Below, piece after piece: positions 1-11,072 of a stretch of DNA of 64,000 nucleotides. The stretch comes from an uncultured Prevotella sp. (lineage in GTDB: Bacteria; Bacteroidota; Bacteroidia; Bacteroidales; Bacteroidaceae): assembly GCA_902476365.1 (NCBI GenBank), contig CABSCZ010000005.1:7009-71008 (forward strand), in the 5' to 3' direction. The position numbers and the translations under genes were made by a program. Position 1 is the stretch's first letter; each line of letters starts with the position of its first letter. Below the pieces are notes generated by a model, which searched no databases, was not told where the DNA came from, and worked only from the letters and a program-made list of their open reading frames with translations.

Positions 1-1350
1 CATCCCGACCGGCTAAGAGATTGGCTGAATCATCCGAAAGCAAATGGCTATCAGGCCTTGCACGTCACCCTGATGAGCAAACAAGGGCAATGGATAGAAG
101 TACAAATACGAAGCGACCACATGGACGAGGTCGCTGAACAAGGATTCGCTGCCCACTGGAAATACAAAGACAAGGAAAACAACGGGGAAATACAAGAGGA
201 CGACACAGAACTCAACGACTGGCTTCGCACCATCAAGGAAATCCTGGATGACCCACAACCGGATGCCATGGATTTCCTGGATGCCATCAAGCTCAACCTG
301 TTCGCGTCAGAGATCTTCGTCTTTACGCCAAAAGGAGAAATCAAGACCATGCCCGCAGGATGCACGGCTCTCGATTTCGCTTTCCAGATCCACACCTTCC
401 TCGGCAGCCATTGCATTGGCGCCAAGGTAAACCATAAGCTCGTGCCACTGAGCCATAAGCTGCAAAGCGGTGACCAAGTAGAAATACTCACCAGTAAATC
501 ACAGCATGTCCAACCTTCATGGATTAACTTTGTCTATACGGCAAAGGCAAAGGGGAAAATCCAGGCGATCCTCCGCAGAGACAACAGGGAGATCCAAAAG
601 CAAGGGGAGATCATGCTTGACGACTGGCTTAAAGCCAACGACCTTGAGCTGACGACTTCTATCCTTGACAAGCTCTGTGATTTCCACGACATACAAAAGC
701 ATGAGAATTTCTTCCTGGCACTGGGTGAGAAGACTATCATCTTAGGTGACAAGGACTTAGATGAGATCAGGGGAAAGAACAAAAAGAAAACAACCAATAC
801 TTCCAGATGGCGCAAACTGGTTCCCTTCCTGGGACATTCCAAGGAGAAGGAAGAAGAAGAGAAGAAGTCCAATCTCTATATCGTTGGGAAGGATTTCAAC
901 AAAAAGAAACCAGTGATCATCAATGAGGAGAATATCGGTCAACTCGTCTTCCCGAAATGTTGCCATCCGATACCGGGGGATGATGTCTTAGGATATATCG
1001 ACAACAAGAACCAAATCGAGATCCATAAACGGGCTTGTCCTGTTGCCAGCAAGCTGAAGTCCAGCTTCGGCAACCGTATCCTTGACGCGAAATGGGACAT
1101 GCACAAGATCCTGTTCTTCGACGCGACCATCGAGATCCATGGCATCGACCGCACAGGAATGTTGCTGGATGTCGCGCAAGTCATCTCCGCACAGATGAAC
1201 GTGAATATCCATCGGGTGACGATATCCAGCGACCAAGGGATCTTCGACGGCACGATCGAGATCCGTGTGCACGACCGTGATGACGTCAAGACCATCATCG
1301 AGAACCTGAAAAAGATCGATGACCTACAGGAAATACAGCAGATCCTGTGA
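1..1350 (+). CDS. relA: GTP pyrophosphokinase / bifunctional (p)ppGpp synthetase-hydrolase, C-terminal part (5' end outside window)
   Basis: Frame is open from nt 1. The translation ...NGYQALHVTLMS...EVQIRS...MDEVAEQGFAAHWKYK matches the RelA/SpoT synthetase signature. TGS- and ACT-like regions follow. Stop TGA at 1348-1350. Confidence 0.85.
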   Translation, partial: HPDRLRDWLNHPKANGYQALHVTLMSKQGQWIEVQIRSDHMDEVAEQGFAAHWKYKDKENNGEIQEDDTELNDWLRTIKEILDDPQPDAMDFLDAIKLNLFASEIFVFTPKGEIKTMPAGCTALDFAFQIHTFLGSHCIGAKVNHKLVPLSHKLQSGDQVEILTSKSQHVQPSWINFVYTAKAKGKIQAILRRDNREIQKQGEIMLDDWLKANDLELTTSILDKLCDFHDIQKHENFFLALGEKTIILGDKDLDEIRGKNKKKTTNTSRWRKLVPFLGHSKEKEEEEKKSNLYIVGKDFNKKKPVIINEENIGQLVFPKCCHPIPGDDVLGYIDNKNQIEIHKRACPVASKLKSSFGNRILDAKWDMHKILFFDATIEIHGIDRTGMLLDVAQVISAQMNVNIHRVTISSDQGIFDGTIEIRVHDRDDVKTIIENLKKIDDLQEIQQIL

Positions 1351-1385
1351 TATCCCTTCCCCCTACCCGACAAACTACAAACAAA

Positions 1386-2363
1386 ATGAAAAGACTTTAT
1401 CTACTTTTAAGTTTACTGTCCGTCATGGCATTCCTTCACGCTGCCAATCGATACGACAATCCAGACACCCTGTTTGTAGCGCGTGACGGGACTGCCGAGT
1501 TTCGGAATGTGGATGATGCCATCGAGGTATGCCGCGCCTTCATGGATTATCATAAAGTCATCTATGTCAAGAAAGGAGTCTACAAGGAAAAGCTGACCGT
1601 CCCCTCTTGGCTGTCGCATATAGAAATATGCGGTGAGGACAGAGACAGCACCATCATCACATACGATGACCATGCAAATATCAAGATGCCCGGCACAGAC
1701 CGGAAGATGGGGACCTTCCGCACTTATACGCTCAAGATACAAGGCAATTACATCACGCTGAAGAATATCACGATCGAGAACAATGCGGCAAGATTAGGGC
1801 AGGCCGTGGCCCTCCACACGGAAGGAGACCATCTCGTCTTCCTCAACTGCAGGTTCCTTGGCAATCAAGACACGGTCTACACAGGGACAGCAGGTACACG
1901 GCTCTATTTCAAGGACTGCTTCATTGAAGGGACGACAGACTTTATCTTCGGGCCCTCTACGGCTTGGTTTGAGCATTGCATGATCAAGAGTAAGCTGAAT
2001 TCCTATATTACCGCAGCCTCCACCCCTTCAGGCCAAGCCTTTGGCTATGTGTTCAACCACTGCCGACTGGTCGCCGCCCCTGGTGTCGACCACGTCTATT
2101 TAGGACGTCCCTGGCGCCCGTATTCCTGTGTAATCTATATGAATTGCGAGATGGGTCGCCATATATGCCCTGAAGGATGGGACAACTGGCGTAACCCAGA
2201 AAATGAAAAGACAGCAAGGTATAGCGAATATCACAGTACCGGGGAAGGCGCAAAAAGCAAGGAGCGCGTCAGTTGGAGCCACCAACTATCCAAGGCAGAT
2301 GCCACCTCTATCACGCTTGAACGCGTCTTCCGGCAAGACAACACGTGGGTCCCAGCCCCATAA
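1386..2363 (+). CDS. pectinesterase (carbohydrate esterase family 8), secreted
   Basis: The ORF-track start at 1347 is GTG. The first ATG at 1386 gives a signal peptide MKRLYLLLSLLSVMAFLHA. CE8 motifs are present: QAVAL, GNQDTVY, DFIFG, LGRPWR. Confidence 0.85.
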   Translation: MKRLYLLLSLLSVMAFLHAANRYDNPDTLFVARDGTAEFRNVDDAIEVCRAFMDYHKVIYVKKGVYKEKLTVPSWLSHIEICGEDRDSTIITYDDHANIKMPGTDRKMGTFRTYTLKIQGNYITLKNITIENNAARLGQAVALHTEGDHLVFLNCRFLGNQDTVYTGTAGTRLYFKDCFIEGTTDFIFGPSTAWFEHCMIKSKLNSYITAASTPSGQAFGYVFNHCRLVAAPGVDHVYLGRPWRPYSCVIYMNCEMGRHICPEGWDNWRNPENEKTARYSEYHSTGEGAKSKERVSWSHQLSKADATSITLERVFRQDNTWVPAP

Positions 2364-2391
2364 AGCGGGTCTTGAGACAGAAGCAGAAGGA

Positions 2392-2742
2392 TCACACAAT
2401 CGCATCCAAATGCTTCTTCAGGTCCTTGAGCTGATCCCTGACAGAAGTCAACGTGGATAACACCTCTATGCTTTTATCCACGCCCTTCCTATTTTCAGAA
2501 AGCATCTTACGCGCAGCAGCCAACTTAAAGCCCCGCAATTTCACCAGTCCATAGATATTCCGCAGCAGTTCTATGTCCTTTTCGGAATATTGCCGCACCT
2601 TGTTGGCTGCCATCGTCTTCGGGCGCAACTGAGGAAACTCCGTTTCCCAGTAACGAAGCGTACTCTCATTCACCCCAATCATCTGAGCCACTTCCTTGAT
2701 TGAGTAGTACAACTTCAGATTTTTATTCGTGCTTAATACCAT
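2392..2742 (-). CDS. MerR-family HTH transcriptional regulator
   Basis: HTH region YSIKEVAQMIGVNESTLRYWE is typical of the MerR family. The ORF-track first codon is TTG at 2766. The first ATG is at 2742 (MVLSTNK...). Confidence 0.65.
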   Translation of the reverse strand: MVLSTNKNLKLYYSIKEVAQMIGVNESTLRYWETEFPQLRPKTMAANKVRQYSEKDIELLRNIYGLVKLRGFKLAAARKMLSENRKGVDKSIEVLSTLTSVRDQLKDLKKHLDAIV

Positions 2743-2777
2743 AATTTGCTGCTTTTTATCAAACAATGATTAATTTA

Positions 2778-2809
2778 TTTGCAAAAATAATCAAAACTCG
2801 GTATCTTTG
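2778..2809 (+). promoter_or_regulatory. candidate Bacteroidetes sigma-A promoter (TTTG -33 / TAtcTTTG -7) upstream of alaS
   Basis: TTTG at 2778-2781 and TATCTTTG at 2802-2809 with a 20 nt spacer. This matches the Bacteroides TTTG...TAnnTTTG consensus. It lies ~40 nt upstream of the alaS ATG. Confidence 0.35.
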
Positions 2810-2849
2810 CAAAACTTTTAAATGGAATTAATATTTAAGCGATAATAAT

Positions 2850-5471
2850 ATGATGACAGCTAATGAAATCCGCGACTCTTTCAAGAAGTTCTTCGAGTCG
2901 AAAGGACACGTCGTCGTACCGTCCGCCCCTATGGTTATTAAGGACGACCCTACGTTGATGTTTACGAATGCAGGTATGAACCAGTGGAAAGACATCATCC
3001 TCGGCACCCGTGACCCTGAGCCGAGGCGCCGCTGCGATTCCCAGAAATGCCTCCGCGTGAGCGGTAAGCACAACGACCTGGAAGAAGTAGGTCATGATAC
3101 TTACCACCACACCATGTTTGAAATGCTCGGCAACTGGAGTTTTGGGGATTATTTCAAGGAAGGCGCGATCGACTATGCCTGGGAATACTTAGTAGATGTC
3201 CTAAAGATGAACCCTGATGACCTCTATGTGACAGTATTTGAAGGGGCAAAAGATGAAGGGCTGGCACGTGATGACGAAGCTGCGAGCTATTGGGCGAAAC
3301 ATGTCCCAGCCAACCACATCATCAATGGCAATAAGCACGATAACTTTTGGGAAATGGGCGACACAGGGCCTTGTGGTCCTTGCTCCGAAATCCATCTGGA
3401 CTCCCGTTCCCCAGAAGAGAAGGCAAAAGTCCCAGGATATGAGCTTGTCAACAAGGACGACCCACAGGTAATAGAGATTTGGAACATCGTTTTCATGCAA
3501 TTCAACCGCAAGGCTGATGGAAGCTTAGAGCCACTGCCCATGCATGTGATTGACACGGGCATGGGATTCGAGCGCTTAGTACGTGCCATCCAAGGAAAGC
3601 ACAGCAACTATGACACGGATATTTTCCAGCCCATCATCAAGGAAATCGAACGGATCTCCGGATTAAAATATGGCGAGAAAGAGGAGACGGATGTTGCCAT
3701 GCGCGTAGCTGCCGACCATCTGCGTGCCGTAGCTTTCTCTATTGCTGACGGTCAATTGCCCAGCAATGCCAAAGCCGGGTATGTGATTCGCCGTATCCTT
3801 CGCCGTGCCGTACGCTATGCCTATACCTTCCTGGGGCAAAAGGAGGCTTTCTTGTATAAGTTAGTTCCTGTACTCGTACAAGAGATGGGTGAGGCATATC
3901 CAGAATTGGTAGCACAACAGGAGCTCATTACCCGTGTGATGAAAGAAGAGGAAGATTCTTTCCTGCGCACGTTAGAGAAGGGCATCAACCTGTTGAATGG
4001 TGCCATGGATGAGCTCAAGGCACATGGACAGACGCAATTGGACGGCGTGCAAGCCTTCCGACTTTTCGACACGTATGGATTCCCTCTCGACCTAACAGAG
4101 CTTATTTGCAGGGAGAATGGATACACTGTAGACGAGAAGCAGTTTGATGAAGAGATGGAGAAGCAAAAGGCTCGCGCCCGCAATGCCGCAGCCGTGGAGA
4201 ATGGTGACTGGATCATCCTGCGGGATGGAGAGCAACAATTCGTCGGGTACGACTATACTGAATACGAATGCCATATCCTGCGTTATCGGAAGGTAACACA
4301 GAAAAAGAACACATTCTATGAACTGGTACTCGACTACACGCCCTTCTATGGAGAGATGGGAGGACAAGTCGGTGACACGGGCGTCCTCGTCAGTGAAGGC
4401 GAAACCATCCAGATCACAGACACGAAACGCGAGAATAACCAAAGCATCCACATTGTCAAGCAGCTTCCCAAGGATCCTAACGCAGACTTCATGGCCTGCG
4501 TAGACATAGACAAGCGAAATGGCAGTGCAGCCAACCACACCGCCACTCACCTACTCGACTATGCCTTGAAGCAGGTTCTTGGCGACCATGTAGAGCAAAA
4601 GGGATCGTATGTGGACGATATGACGCTGCGCTTTGACTTCTCTCACTTCCAAAAGGTGACTGATGAAGAACTTCGTAAGGTTGAACGGATTGTCAACGAT
4701 ATGATCCGCCAGGACATCCCTTTGGACGAACACCGCGATATGCCGCTTGAAGAAGCGAAGAAGCTCGGCGCGATCGCATTGTTCGGAGAGAAGTACGGAG
4801 ACAAAGTGCGCGTTGTCAGATTCGGTCCGTCCTGTGAGTTCTGTGGCGGTATCCATGCCAAGTCTACGGGACGCATCGGTTTCTTTAAGATTATTGGGGA
4901 GAGTAGCGTAGCAGCAGGCATCCGCCGTATTGAAGCCCTAACTGGAAAGGCTTGCGAGGAAGCGATCTATACGCTTGAGGATAGCTTGAAAGACATCAAG
5001 GCCATGTTCAACAATGCAAAAGACTTAAAGGGTGTCCTCCAAAAATATATCGAGGAGCATGACTCCATGAAGAAAGACATTGAAAAATTTGCTGCCCAGG
5101 CTGTAGAGCGTGCCAAGAATGAGCTGGTATCCCATGCAAAGAATGTCAACGGTGTACAAGTTGTGAAGGCAGTCCTTCCTTTACAGGCTTCACAAGCCAA
5201 GGACTTAGTCTTCAAGATCCGTGAGGCAATCCCAGAGAACTTGGTGTGCGTCATCGGGACTACCTATGGAGACAAGCCGATGCTGAACGTCATGCTCAGC
5301 GAGGATATGGTAAAGGATCACAGCCTTCATGCCGGGAAGATGGTGCGTGAGGCTGCGAAACTGATTCAAGGAGGCGGAGGTGGTCAACCCCATTTTGCAT
5401 CTGCTGGAGGCAAGAACCTTGAAGGCATCAATGCAGCAGTTGACAAGGTAGTTGAATTAGCCAATCTCTAA
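2850..5471 (+). CDS. alaS: alanine--tRNA ligase
   Basis: 873 aa. N-terminus [20 protein letters not shown]...[11 protein letters not shown] and the HxxxH editing-domain region (ANHTATHLL) are present. The C-terminal GGGG motif is present. ATG at 2850, TAA at 5469-5471. Confidence 0.95.
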   Translation: MMTANEIRDSFKKFFESKGHVVVPSAPMVIKDDPTLMFTNAGMNQWKDIILGTRDPEPRRRCDSQKCLRVSGKHNDLEEVGHDTYHHTMFEMLGNWSFGDYFKEGAIDYAWEYLVDVLKMNPDDLYVTVFEGAKDEGLARDDEAASYWAKHVPANHIINGNKHDNFWEMGDTGPCGPCSEIHLDSRSPEEKAKVPGYELVNKDDPQVIEIWNIVFMQFNRKADGSLEPLPMHVIDTGMGFERLVRAIQGKHSNYDTDIFQPIIKEIERISGLKYGEKEETDVAMRVAADHLRAVAFSIADGQLPSNAKAGYVIRRILRRAVRYAYTFLGQKEAFLYKLVPVLVQEMGEAYPELVAQQELITRVMKEEEDSFLRTLEKGINLLNGAMDELKAHGQTQLDGVQAFRLFDTYGFPLDLTELICRENGYTVDEKQFDEEMEKQKARARNAAAVENGDWIILRDGEQQFVGYDYTEYECHILRYRKVTQKKNTFYELVLDYTPFYGEMGGQVGDTGVLVSEGETIQITDTKRENNQSIHIVKQLPKDPNADFMACVDIDKRNGSAANHTATHLLDYALKQVLGDHVEQKGSYVDDMTLRFDFSHFQKVTDEELRKVERIVNDMIRQDIPLDEHRDMPLEEAKKLGAIALFGEKYGDKVRVVRFGPSCEFCGGIHAKSTGRIGFFKIIGESSVAAGIRRIEALTGKACEEAIYTLEDSLKDIKAMFNNAKDLKGVLQKYIEEHDSMKKDIEKFAAQAVERAKNELVSHAKNVNGVQVVKAVLPLQASQAKDLVFKIREAIPENLVCVIGTTYGDKPMLNVMLSEDMVKDHSLHAGKMVREAAKLIQGGGGGQPHFASAGGKNLEGINAAVDKVVELANL

Positions 5472-5562
5472 ACGAGCAAAAAGGCAAGGGGGGCGGAATG
5501 GATTTCCTGTTTTAACAACAACGAATGGCCTTCCCTATTTTGTTATCTACGATAATGAAAAA

Positions 5563-5598
5563 GAGGATGTATCATCAAACTGATGCATCCTCTTTTCT
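5563..5598. terminator. bidirectional rho-independent terminator between convergent alaS and the GH20 gene
   Basis: Stem GAGGATGTATCA / TGATGCATCCTC is 12 bp with one G-U pair. Loop is TCAAAC. A T-run follows on the + strand (TTTTCT) and on the - strand (CTTTTTCATT). Confidence 0.6.
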
Positions 5599-5663
5599 GA
5601 TTATATGTAAAAGGAAGATGCACCAGGATCTTGACATTCATCCTCCTTTTTTCTTTTCCCATA

Positions 5664-7652
5664 TCATTTCATTCTCTTTACCTTCAGGTTAGAAACCGAG
5701 CTTCTAAAATTCCCTGCCTTTTGCAAAGGGAAAAATAAAGTTCGTTGATAATGCATCGTCCCAGAAGGGATATAGACTTCGGGTTTCGTATCCGTATCGA
5801 CCATTGTGTTCAACAAGCGATCGGGCGAGAAGGCATATACGTCCAATGGTCCTAACTTTTCCCTGAGCTTTCCATTCACATACATACGGGTCTCTTTGTG
5901 GTCGCCTTCGATACATACAGAGACCTTCCCATGCTCTGGCATCCGGTAATTGAATGTATTCAGGTATCCTTCACGGCAGAACCCAACTTTTCCATCTTGC
6001 GGGTCAGAAAGATAGAAAACAGCATTCGGACTACTGAATAAGATAGCCCCCTTGTCTTCTTTCGCGCAATCTACATCAAAAGACACTTGATAATCATACC
6101 CCACTTCCGACACGGGAAGTCCAAGCGACTGCCCACTGGCAACCTGAGCGAGCAAGAGACTATCTTCAGGAAGCCTTCCTAAGTCGTTAACGCCCGGAGC
6201 CTCGCTCAAGTTCAAGCGGAGTTTATCAAACTGCTCATACGGAAGTTTGGTCTTCTGCCCCGTCCAACACTTCACCGCGAGCGTCTGCATGGCAGGATAG
6301 AAACGATGATGGATATCCTTGACCGTAATGCCATTTCCATAATGATCATTCCAAACTGCGAACATGCCACCCTCGATCTGAGGATCTTGCTCTTGGAAGG
6401 TGACTTCCCCGATATGGGCAGGTGTCCACTCCTGATACAACATCTTGCAATCCAGATAGTCGTAATAATATCCTGCAGCAGGAACGATGTATACCCAACC
6501 ATCAGGAATGGAAACCATCTGATATCCTTCCTTTTTCATTTCCTGAGGATCGGCATATCCATTATACCAGACATTCATCAACACATTCTCATGGCGTACA
6601 GGCGTTGATCCCTTAGCATGAGTTAAAGCCCCCCATAGCATAGGCTCCTTTCCATAGCTCTGGACAAGTGCCAGGTAATGGTCGGTGAATGCCCTGAACT
6701 TTTCCACCACACGTTGGTCTTTATTGGAATATTCATCAGTCCCTATGTTGACATGCTTGCTCCTGAAGACAGGATCCTTGCCTGAGAGATACTCCTTGAA
6801 CAGCCCATCCAAGAAAGCATAGGTATCGGGATTGAAAAGATCCAGATGATCCATGCCGTATTCCTTCGACCCAATCTCAGGCTTATAATGGGTAAAAGCC
6901 AAAGAATGGGCAGGGACGTCAATCTCAGGGATTACCTCTACGCCACATTGCTCTCCGAGCTTCTCCAAGTCCATGAACTCTTTTTTTGTATAGCTTCCAT
7001 CTTTTGCCGTCAGACCAGGATAAGTATCGCACTCCAACCGGAATGCAGCAGGAGTCTTTGCCCAGTCATTCCCGAAGAACTGCTTAAAGCCATTGTCATT
7101 CAGATGGACTTGAAGGGTATTCATCTTATAGTAAGACAATATTTTAACGAGATGGCGCAAATAATCCATAGGAATATATTTTCTACCGGCATCGATCATA
7201 AAGCCACGCAGAGGATATTGAGGAATGTCAATAGCGGTTCCCTTAGGCAACGACGTATACTGCTCCTGCATTTGCAGCAGCGTACGGGTTCCCCAATAGA
7301 CGCCGCGCCCTTTCTGTGCTGATAAGATGACCACATCTCGGATAGACAACTTGTATCCCTCTTCTCCAAGAGCCTTGTCCTTCACCAAGGACAGGACAAT
7401 ATCTCCCTTCCTTGCCTTTCCGTTTGCCATGACTAAGGGTTTCTGGAACAGCTCTCGATAGTCATCCATGAATTGTTCACCCACTCTCTTCAAGCGCTTA
7501 TCCTGGATAAGGACACGACCACTGAGTTCAATACGCCCATCATCACCCGACCATTGCGTGAGTTCTGGAATGACGAATGGCTTGGCATTGCCCTGCGCGA
7601 ATAAAGAGCAAGATACCAAGCATAATAACAATAGAATTTCAAATCGCTTCAT
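5664..7652 (-). CDS. GH20-family beta-N-acetylhexosaminidase (divergent subtype), secreted
   Basis: Signal peptide MKRFEILLLLCLVSCSLFAQG. GH20 motifs RGFMIDAGR, HLNDNG and catalytic GTDE are present. ATG at 7650-7652. Confidence 0.75.
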   Translation of the reverse strand: MKRFEILLLLCLVSCSLFAQGNAKPFVIPELTQWSGDDGRIELSGRVLIQDKRLKRVGEQFMDDYRELFQKPLVMANGKARKGDIVLSLVKDKALGEEGYKLSIRDVVILSAQKGRGVYWGTRTLLQMQEQYTSLPKGTAIDIPQYPLRGFMIDAGRKYIPMDYLRHLVKILSYYKMNTLQVHLNDNGFKQFFGNDWAKTPAAFRLECDTYPGLTAKDGSYTKKEFMDLEKLGEQCGVEVIPEIDVPAHSLAFTHYKPEIGSKEYGMDHLDLFNPDTYAFLDGLFKEYLSGKDPVFRSKHVNIGTDEYSNKDQRVVEKFRAFTDHYLALVQSYGKEPMLWGALTHAKGSTPVRHENVLMNVWYNGYADPQEMKKEGYQMVSIPDGWVYIVPAAGYYYDYLDCKMLYQEWTPAHIGEVTFQEQDPQIEGGMFAVWNDHYGNGITVKDIHHRFYPAMQTLAVKCWTGQKTKLPYEQFDKLRLNLSEAPGVNDLGRLPEDSLLLAQVASGQSLGLPVSEVGYDYQVSFDVDCAKEDKGAILFSSPNAVFYLSDPQDGKVGFCREGYLNTFNYRMPEHGKVSVCIEGDHKETRMYVNGKLREKLGPLDVYAFSPDRLLNTMVDTDTKPEVYIPSGTMHYQRTLFFPLQKAGNFRSSVSNLKVKRMK

Positions 7653-7670
7653 GATGATTTATGTTAAAAG

Positions 7671-9125
7671 TTATTCTTCGATAGATCTTGGCTGGCTATC
7701 AGTCTGAGTTCCGGGCCAGTTCACTAAGTAAAGATGTTCTGTGGCACGGGTGAAAGCCGTATACAACCAATGGATGTAATCTGGGGTTAGCATCTCATCG
7801 GTCATGTATCCTTGGTCTAAGTAGACATGCGCCCACTGTCCGCCCTGTGCCTTATGGCAAGTGACGGCGTAGGCATATTTGATCTGTACGGCATTGAAAT
7901 AAGCATCTTCCTTTACCTTTTTCAGTCGGTTCGCCTTCAGCGGAAGATCCGCATAATCTTCCATCACATGCTGGAATAAGCGCTCATTCTGCTCACGTGT
8001 CAATGCCGGAGCCTCAGAGTTTAAAGTCTCCATGATGACAGTCACCTGCAGCTCATAGTTATCATAATCTGGAAATCTCATCCCCACGTCAGCGAAATGG
8101 AATCCGTAAAGCTCCCGTACGTTTCTTACGCGCTCCACGATTGCCCGGTCGCCATTGGCAATGAAAGTAAGTCCATGGCGGTCTTCTTGATCATCTGGTA
8201 TGAAATAATAATTGTTCTTGACGACCATCAGCATGTCGCCTGAGGTGAGTTCTCCTTCTTTGTCAAGGACCGTCCTTCTGATACCTTGATTATATATATT
8301 AGCCCTCTTATTGCTTCGGGTGATCACCATGGTCTCATCTATTCCCACCTCGGCATAGCTACTGCTCAGGCTTTCGATCAGTTCATTGCCCGGCACCATG
8401 GAGATATCCGCGAATCCAGAGAAGCGGATCTGGGGTAATTGCGTTGCCTCATCATGAGTAATCATCTTGCGAATTACCGTGGCATTATATAGGATCCCAC
8501 TTTGCTCACCCTGACGGACGATCTCTGTCAGGTCGCACTGATAGACCCTTAGTCCATATCCCCGTAGCATCTCCGCACTTAATGCAGGAGACTCTACCTC
8601 CCCAACAGGCGGAAGCTGTGCCTTGTCGCCGATGAGGATCATCCGGCAATTCCTGCCTTGATAGACGAAACGTACCAAGTCGTCCAACAACCTGCCACTG
8701 CCGAAAGACAGATCAGAAAAGCCTTCATTTGAGATCATAGAGCATTCGTCGACCATGAACAAAGTATCTGCATGCAGGTTCTCATTCAGGTTGAAAGAAC
8801 CTCCTCCCCCATCAAAAGTCCTCTGTCGATATATTTTCCTATGGATCGTATAAGCAGGATGCCCACTATTCAAGGAGAAGACCTTTGCTGCGCGCCCTGT
8901 CGGTGCCAGCAGCATCACCTTTTGCTTCATGTCCACCAAGGTCCTCACCATGGAACCCGCCAAGGATGTCTTCCCTGTCCCCGCACTTCCCCTGAGGATC
9001 ATGACCACATGTGCATCCCTATCGGCCAAGAATGAGGCAAAAGCCTCGATGGCATTCTCCTGCCCTGCGGTAGGAGGGAACTGGAATCGCTGCCGGATTT
9101 GATATATTAATTCGTCTTTGATCAT
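7671..9125 (-). CDS. RecD/TraA-like ATP-dependent DNA helicase (AAA_30 / UvrD_C_2 type)
   Basis: Walker A motif GSAGTGKT and a Walker B-like MVDECSM are present. The C-terminal region resembles a UvrD_C_2 domain. The ORF-track first codon is TTG; an ATG is one codon in, at 9123-9125. Confidence 0.8.
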   Translation of the reverse strand: MIKDELIYQIRQRFQFPPTAGQENAIEAFASFLADRDAHVVMILRGSAGTGKTSLAGSMVRTLVDMKQKVMLLAPTGRAAKVFSLNSGHPAYTIHRKIYRQRTFDGGGGSFNLNENLHADTLFMVDECSMISNEGFSDLSFGSGRLLDDLVRFVYQGRNCRMILIGDKAQLPPVGEVESPALSAEMLRGYGLRVYQCDLTEIVRQGEQSGILYNATVIRKMITHDEATQLPQIRFSGFADISMVPGNELIESLSSSYAEVGIDETMVITRSNKRANIYNQGIRRTVLDKEGELTSGDMLMVVKNNYYFIPDDQEDRHGLTFIANGDRAIVERVRNVRELYGFHFADVGMRFPDYDNYELQVTVIMETLNSEAPALTREQNERLFQHVMEDYADLPLKANRLKKVKEDAYFNAVQIKYAYAVTCHKAQGGQWAHVYLDQGYMTDEMLTPDYIHWLYTAFTRATEHLYLVNWPGTQTDSQPRSIEE

Positions 9126-9194
9126 CAATAATCAGAAAAAAATTGTACTTTTGCACGATGATGCAAAGTTAGGAATAAAAATTCTAATGTAGGA

Positions 9195-9671
9195 ATGAAA
9201 ATAAAGAATAATCACATATTGCTGATTTGTGTCCTTGCTCTCGCGCTCATCTGCTTCCTGAGCGTGGACAAGCCGATCCACTTTCAGCACCAACAGGCAA
9301 TCAGAGAGTATGCCGTGAAGGAGCGTCTCTTGAAAATACGCACGGCAGAAGAACGCTATAAGAAGGCAACGGGAGCCTACACTGGCGACTTCACGCTTCT
9401 GGTCAAGAGAGGACTGCTTGCCGATTCCTTGCAGTATATTCCATATTCTAGCGGAAAGAGATTTTCACTGACAGCCTCTACGCAGATTATGAAGTCTGGC
9501 AAGCAAATCCCCTTGATGGAATGTGATGCCAATTACGAAGACTATCTTCAAGGATTAGACCCAAATAGCATTGACAACCTGATCCAGGAAGCAAACGAGA
9601 GTGGACGATTTCCAGGACTGCGCATTGGGGATATCAATACCCCTAACAACAACGCGGGTAACTGGGAATAA
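9195..9671 (+). CDS. hypothetical protein with N-terminal signal/TM anchor
   Basis: ATG at 9195. N-terminal hydrophobic segment ILLICVLALALICFL. No recognisable catalytic motif. Confidence 0.45.
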   Translation: MKIKNNHILLICVLALALICFLSVDKPIHFQHQQAIREYAVKERLLKIRTAEERYKKATGAYTGDFTLLVKRGLLADSLQYIPYSSGKRFSLTASTQIMKSGKQIPLMECDANYEDYLQGLDPNSIDNLIQEANESGRFPGLRIGDINTPNNNAGNWE

Positions 9672-9701
9672 ACAAAAACGCGACTAAAGCACGAAATTGA
9701 T

Positions 9702-10514
9702 ATGGAAAACATCGACCATCCTATTCGCAAGACCCCCCGTAAGACGATACGAGTTGCCAAGAATTCGCTGGCATTTGCCATTGTTGACGAACGCGCCGAG
9801 GCAGGCGTCAACTACGAGCCCTACATTACCAAGAGCGGTATCTCCTTGCCGGCTAACCTACGTGAAGCCTTCAAGACAGCAGAGCTGCTCTTGCATGATA
9901 ATCAACGGGCGCTGGTCATGATCGACGCCCCCGTTCTGATGATTCCCATCGAAGAATACGACGCACATCAACAAGAAGAATTGTATGTGCATTCTTTCCC
10001 TGAAACGGAAAAGAGTGCCATCCTCAGCAATCCCCTTCCCGCCTTGAATACAGTAGCCGTTTTCAGCATGAACAAAGACCTGAAGTTGGTCATTGATGAC
10101 CATTTCCCTGACGTAAAGGTCATCTCGCTCATGCAAACGGTATGGAACTATTTCCATCAACGTAGCTTTACGGGTGTCAGGCGCAAGCTCTACGGATATT
10201 TTCATGACAACAAGTTGGAGATCTCGTCTTTCGACAAGAACCGGTTTAAGTTTTGCAACTGTTTTGAAGCTGCTCATTCCCGCGACGCAGCCTATTTCTT
10301 GCTGTATGTGTGGAAGCAGTTGAACTTGGACGAGGAAAGGGATGAGATGCACATCGTTGGCACCATCCCTGACAAAGACTGGCTCTTGGAAGCTCTCAGG
10401 CACTATCTCAGGAATGTGTTCGTCATCAACCCCATTGCCGATTTCAACCGTGCGCCCATTACCAAGGTCAAGAGCATGCCCTTGGACATGATGCTATCAT
10501 TTATGAAAGGATAA
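9702..10514 (+). CDS. conserved hypothetical protein (possibly DUF3822 family, which commonly precedes rsmD in Bacteroidales)
   Basis: ATG at 9702. The 270 aa ORF ends 3 nt before the rsmD start. The family assignment rests on recalled synteny only. Confidence 0.45.
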   Translation: MENIDHPIRKTPRKTIRVAKNSLAFAIVDERAEAGVNYEPYITKSGISLPANLREAFKTAELLLHDNQRALVMIDAPVLMIPIEEYDAHQQEELYVHSFPETEKSAILSNPLPALNTVAVFSMNKDLKLVIDDHFPDVKVISLMQTVWNYFHQRSFTGVRRKLYGYFHDNKLEISSFDKNRFKFCNCFEAAHSRDAAYFLLYVWKQLNLDEERDEMHIVGTIPDKDWLLEALRHYLRNVFVINPIADFNRAPITKVKSMPLDMMLSFMKG

Positions 10515-10517
10515 GAA

Positions 10518-11072
10518 ATGAGAATCATTACCGGTATTTACAAAGGGCGGCATTTTGATATACCCCGCACATTCAAGGCTCGTCCTACCACAGATTTTGC
10601 CAAGGAGAATATCTTCAACGTATTGATGGGCTACCTTGACTTCCAAGATGCCACCGCCTTAGACCTCTTCGCGGGCACGGGAAGCATTTCCTTGGAATTG
10701 CTTTCTAGGGGGTGCTCCTCAGTCGTGAGCGTGGAAGCAGACAGGGACCATGCGCATTTTATCCGGCAGTGCATGCAGAAGATCGGGACCCATCAGCACA
10801 TCCTGATCCGGGGAGATGCCTTTCGATTCATGAAATCATGCCACCAGCAATTTGACTTTATCTTTGCCGATCCTCCATATGCCCTGCCTGAGCTACCGAC
10901 CATCCCTTCCTTGGTTTTTCAACACGACCTGCTGAAGCCAGAGGGAATCTTGCTCTTTGAGCATGGAAAGAAAAATGACTTCTCTTCCGACCCGCATTTC
11001 CTTGAACACCGTTCATACGGCAGCGTCAACTTCTCTATCTTCGGCCATTCCAAAGACCCCGTCAAGGATTAG
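10518..11072 (+). CDS. rsmD: 16S rRNA (guanine966-N2)-methyltransferase
   Basis: SAM-binding motif DLFAGTGSISLELLSRG and the N6-adenine/N2-guanine MTase motif DPPY (FADPPYA) are present. Confidence 0.85.
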   Translation: MRIITGIYKGRHFDIPRTFKARPTTDFAKENIFNVLMGYLDFQDATALDLFAGTGSISLELLSRGCSSVVSVEADRDHAHFIRQCMQKIGTHQHILIRGDAFRFMKSCHQQFDFIFADPPYALPELPTIPSLVFQHDLLKPEGILLFEHGKKNDFSSDPHFLEHRSYGSVNFSIFGHSKDPVKD

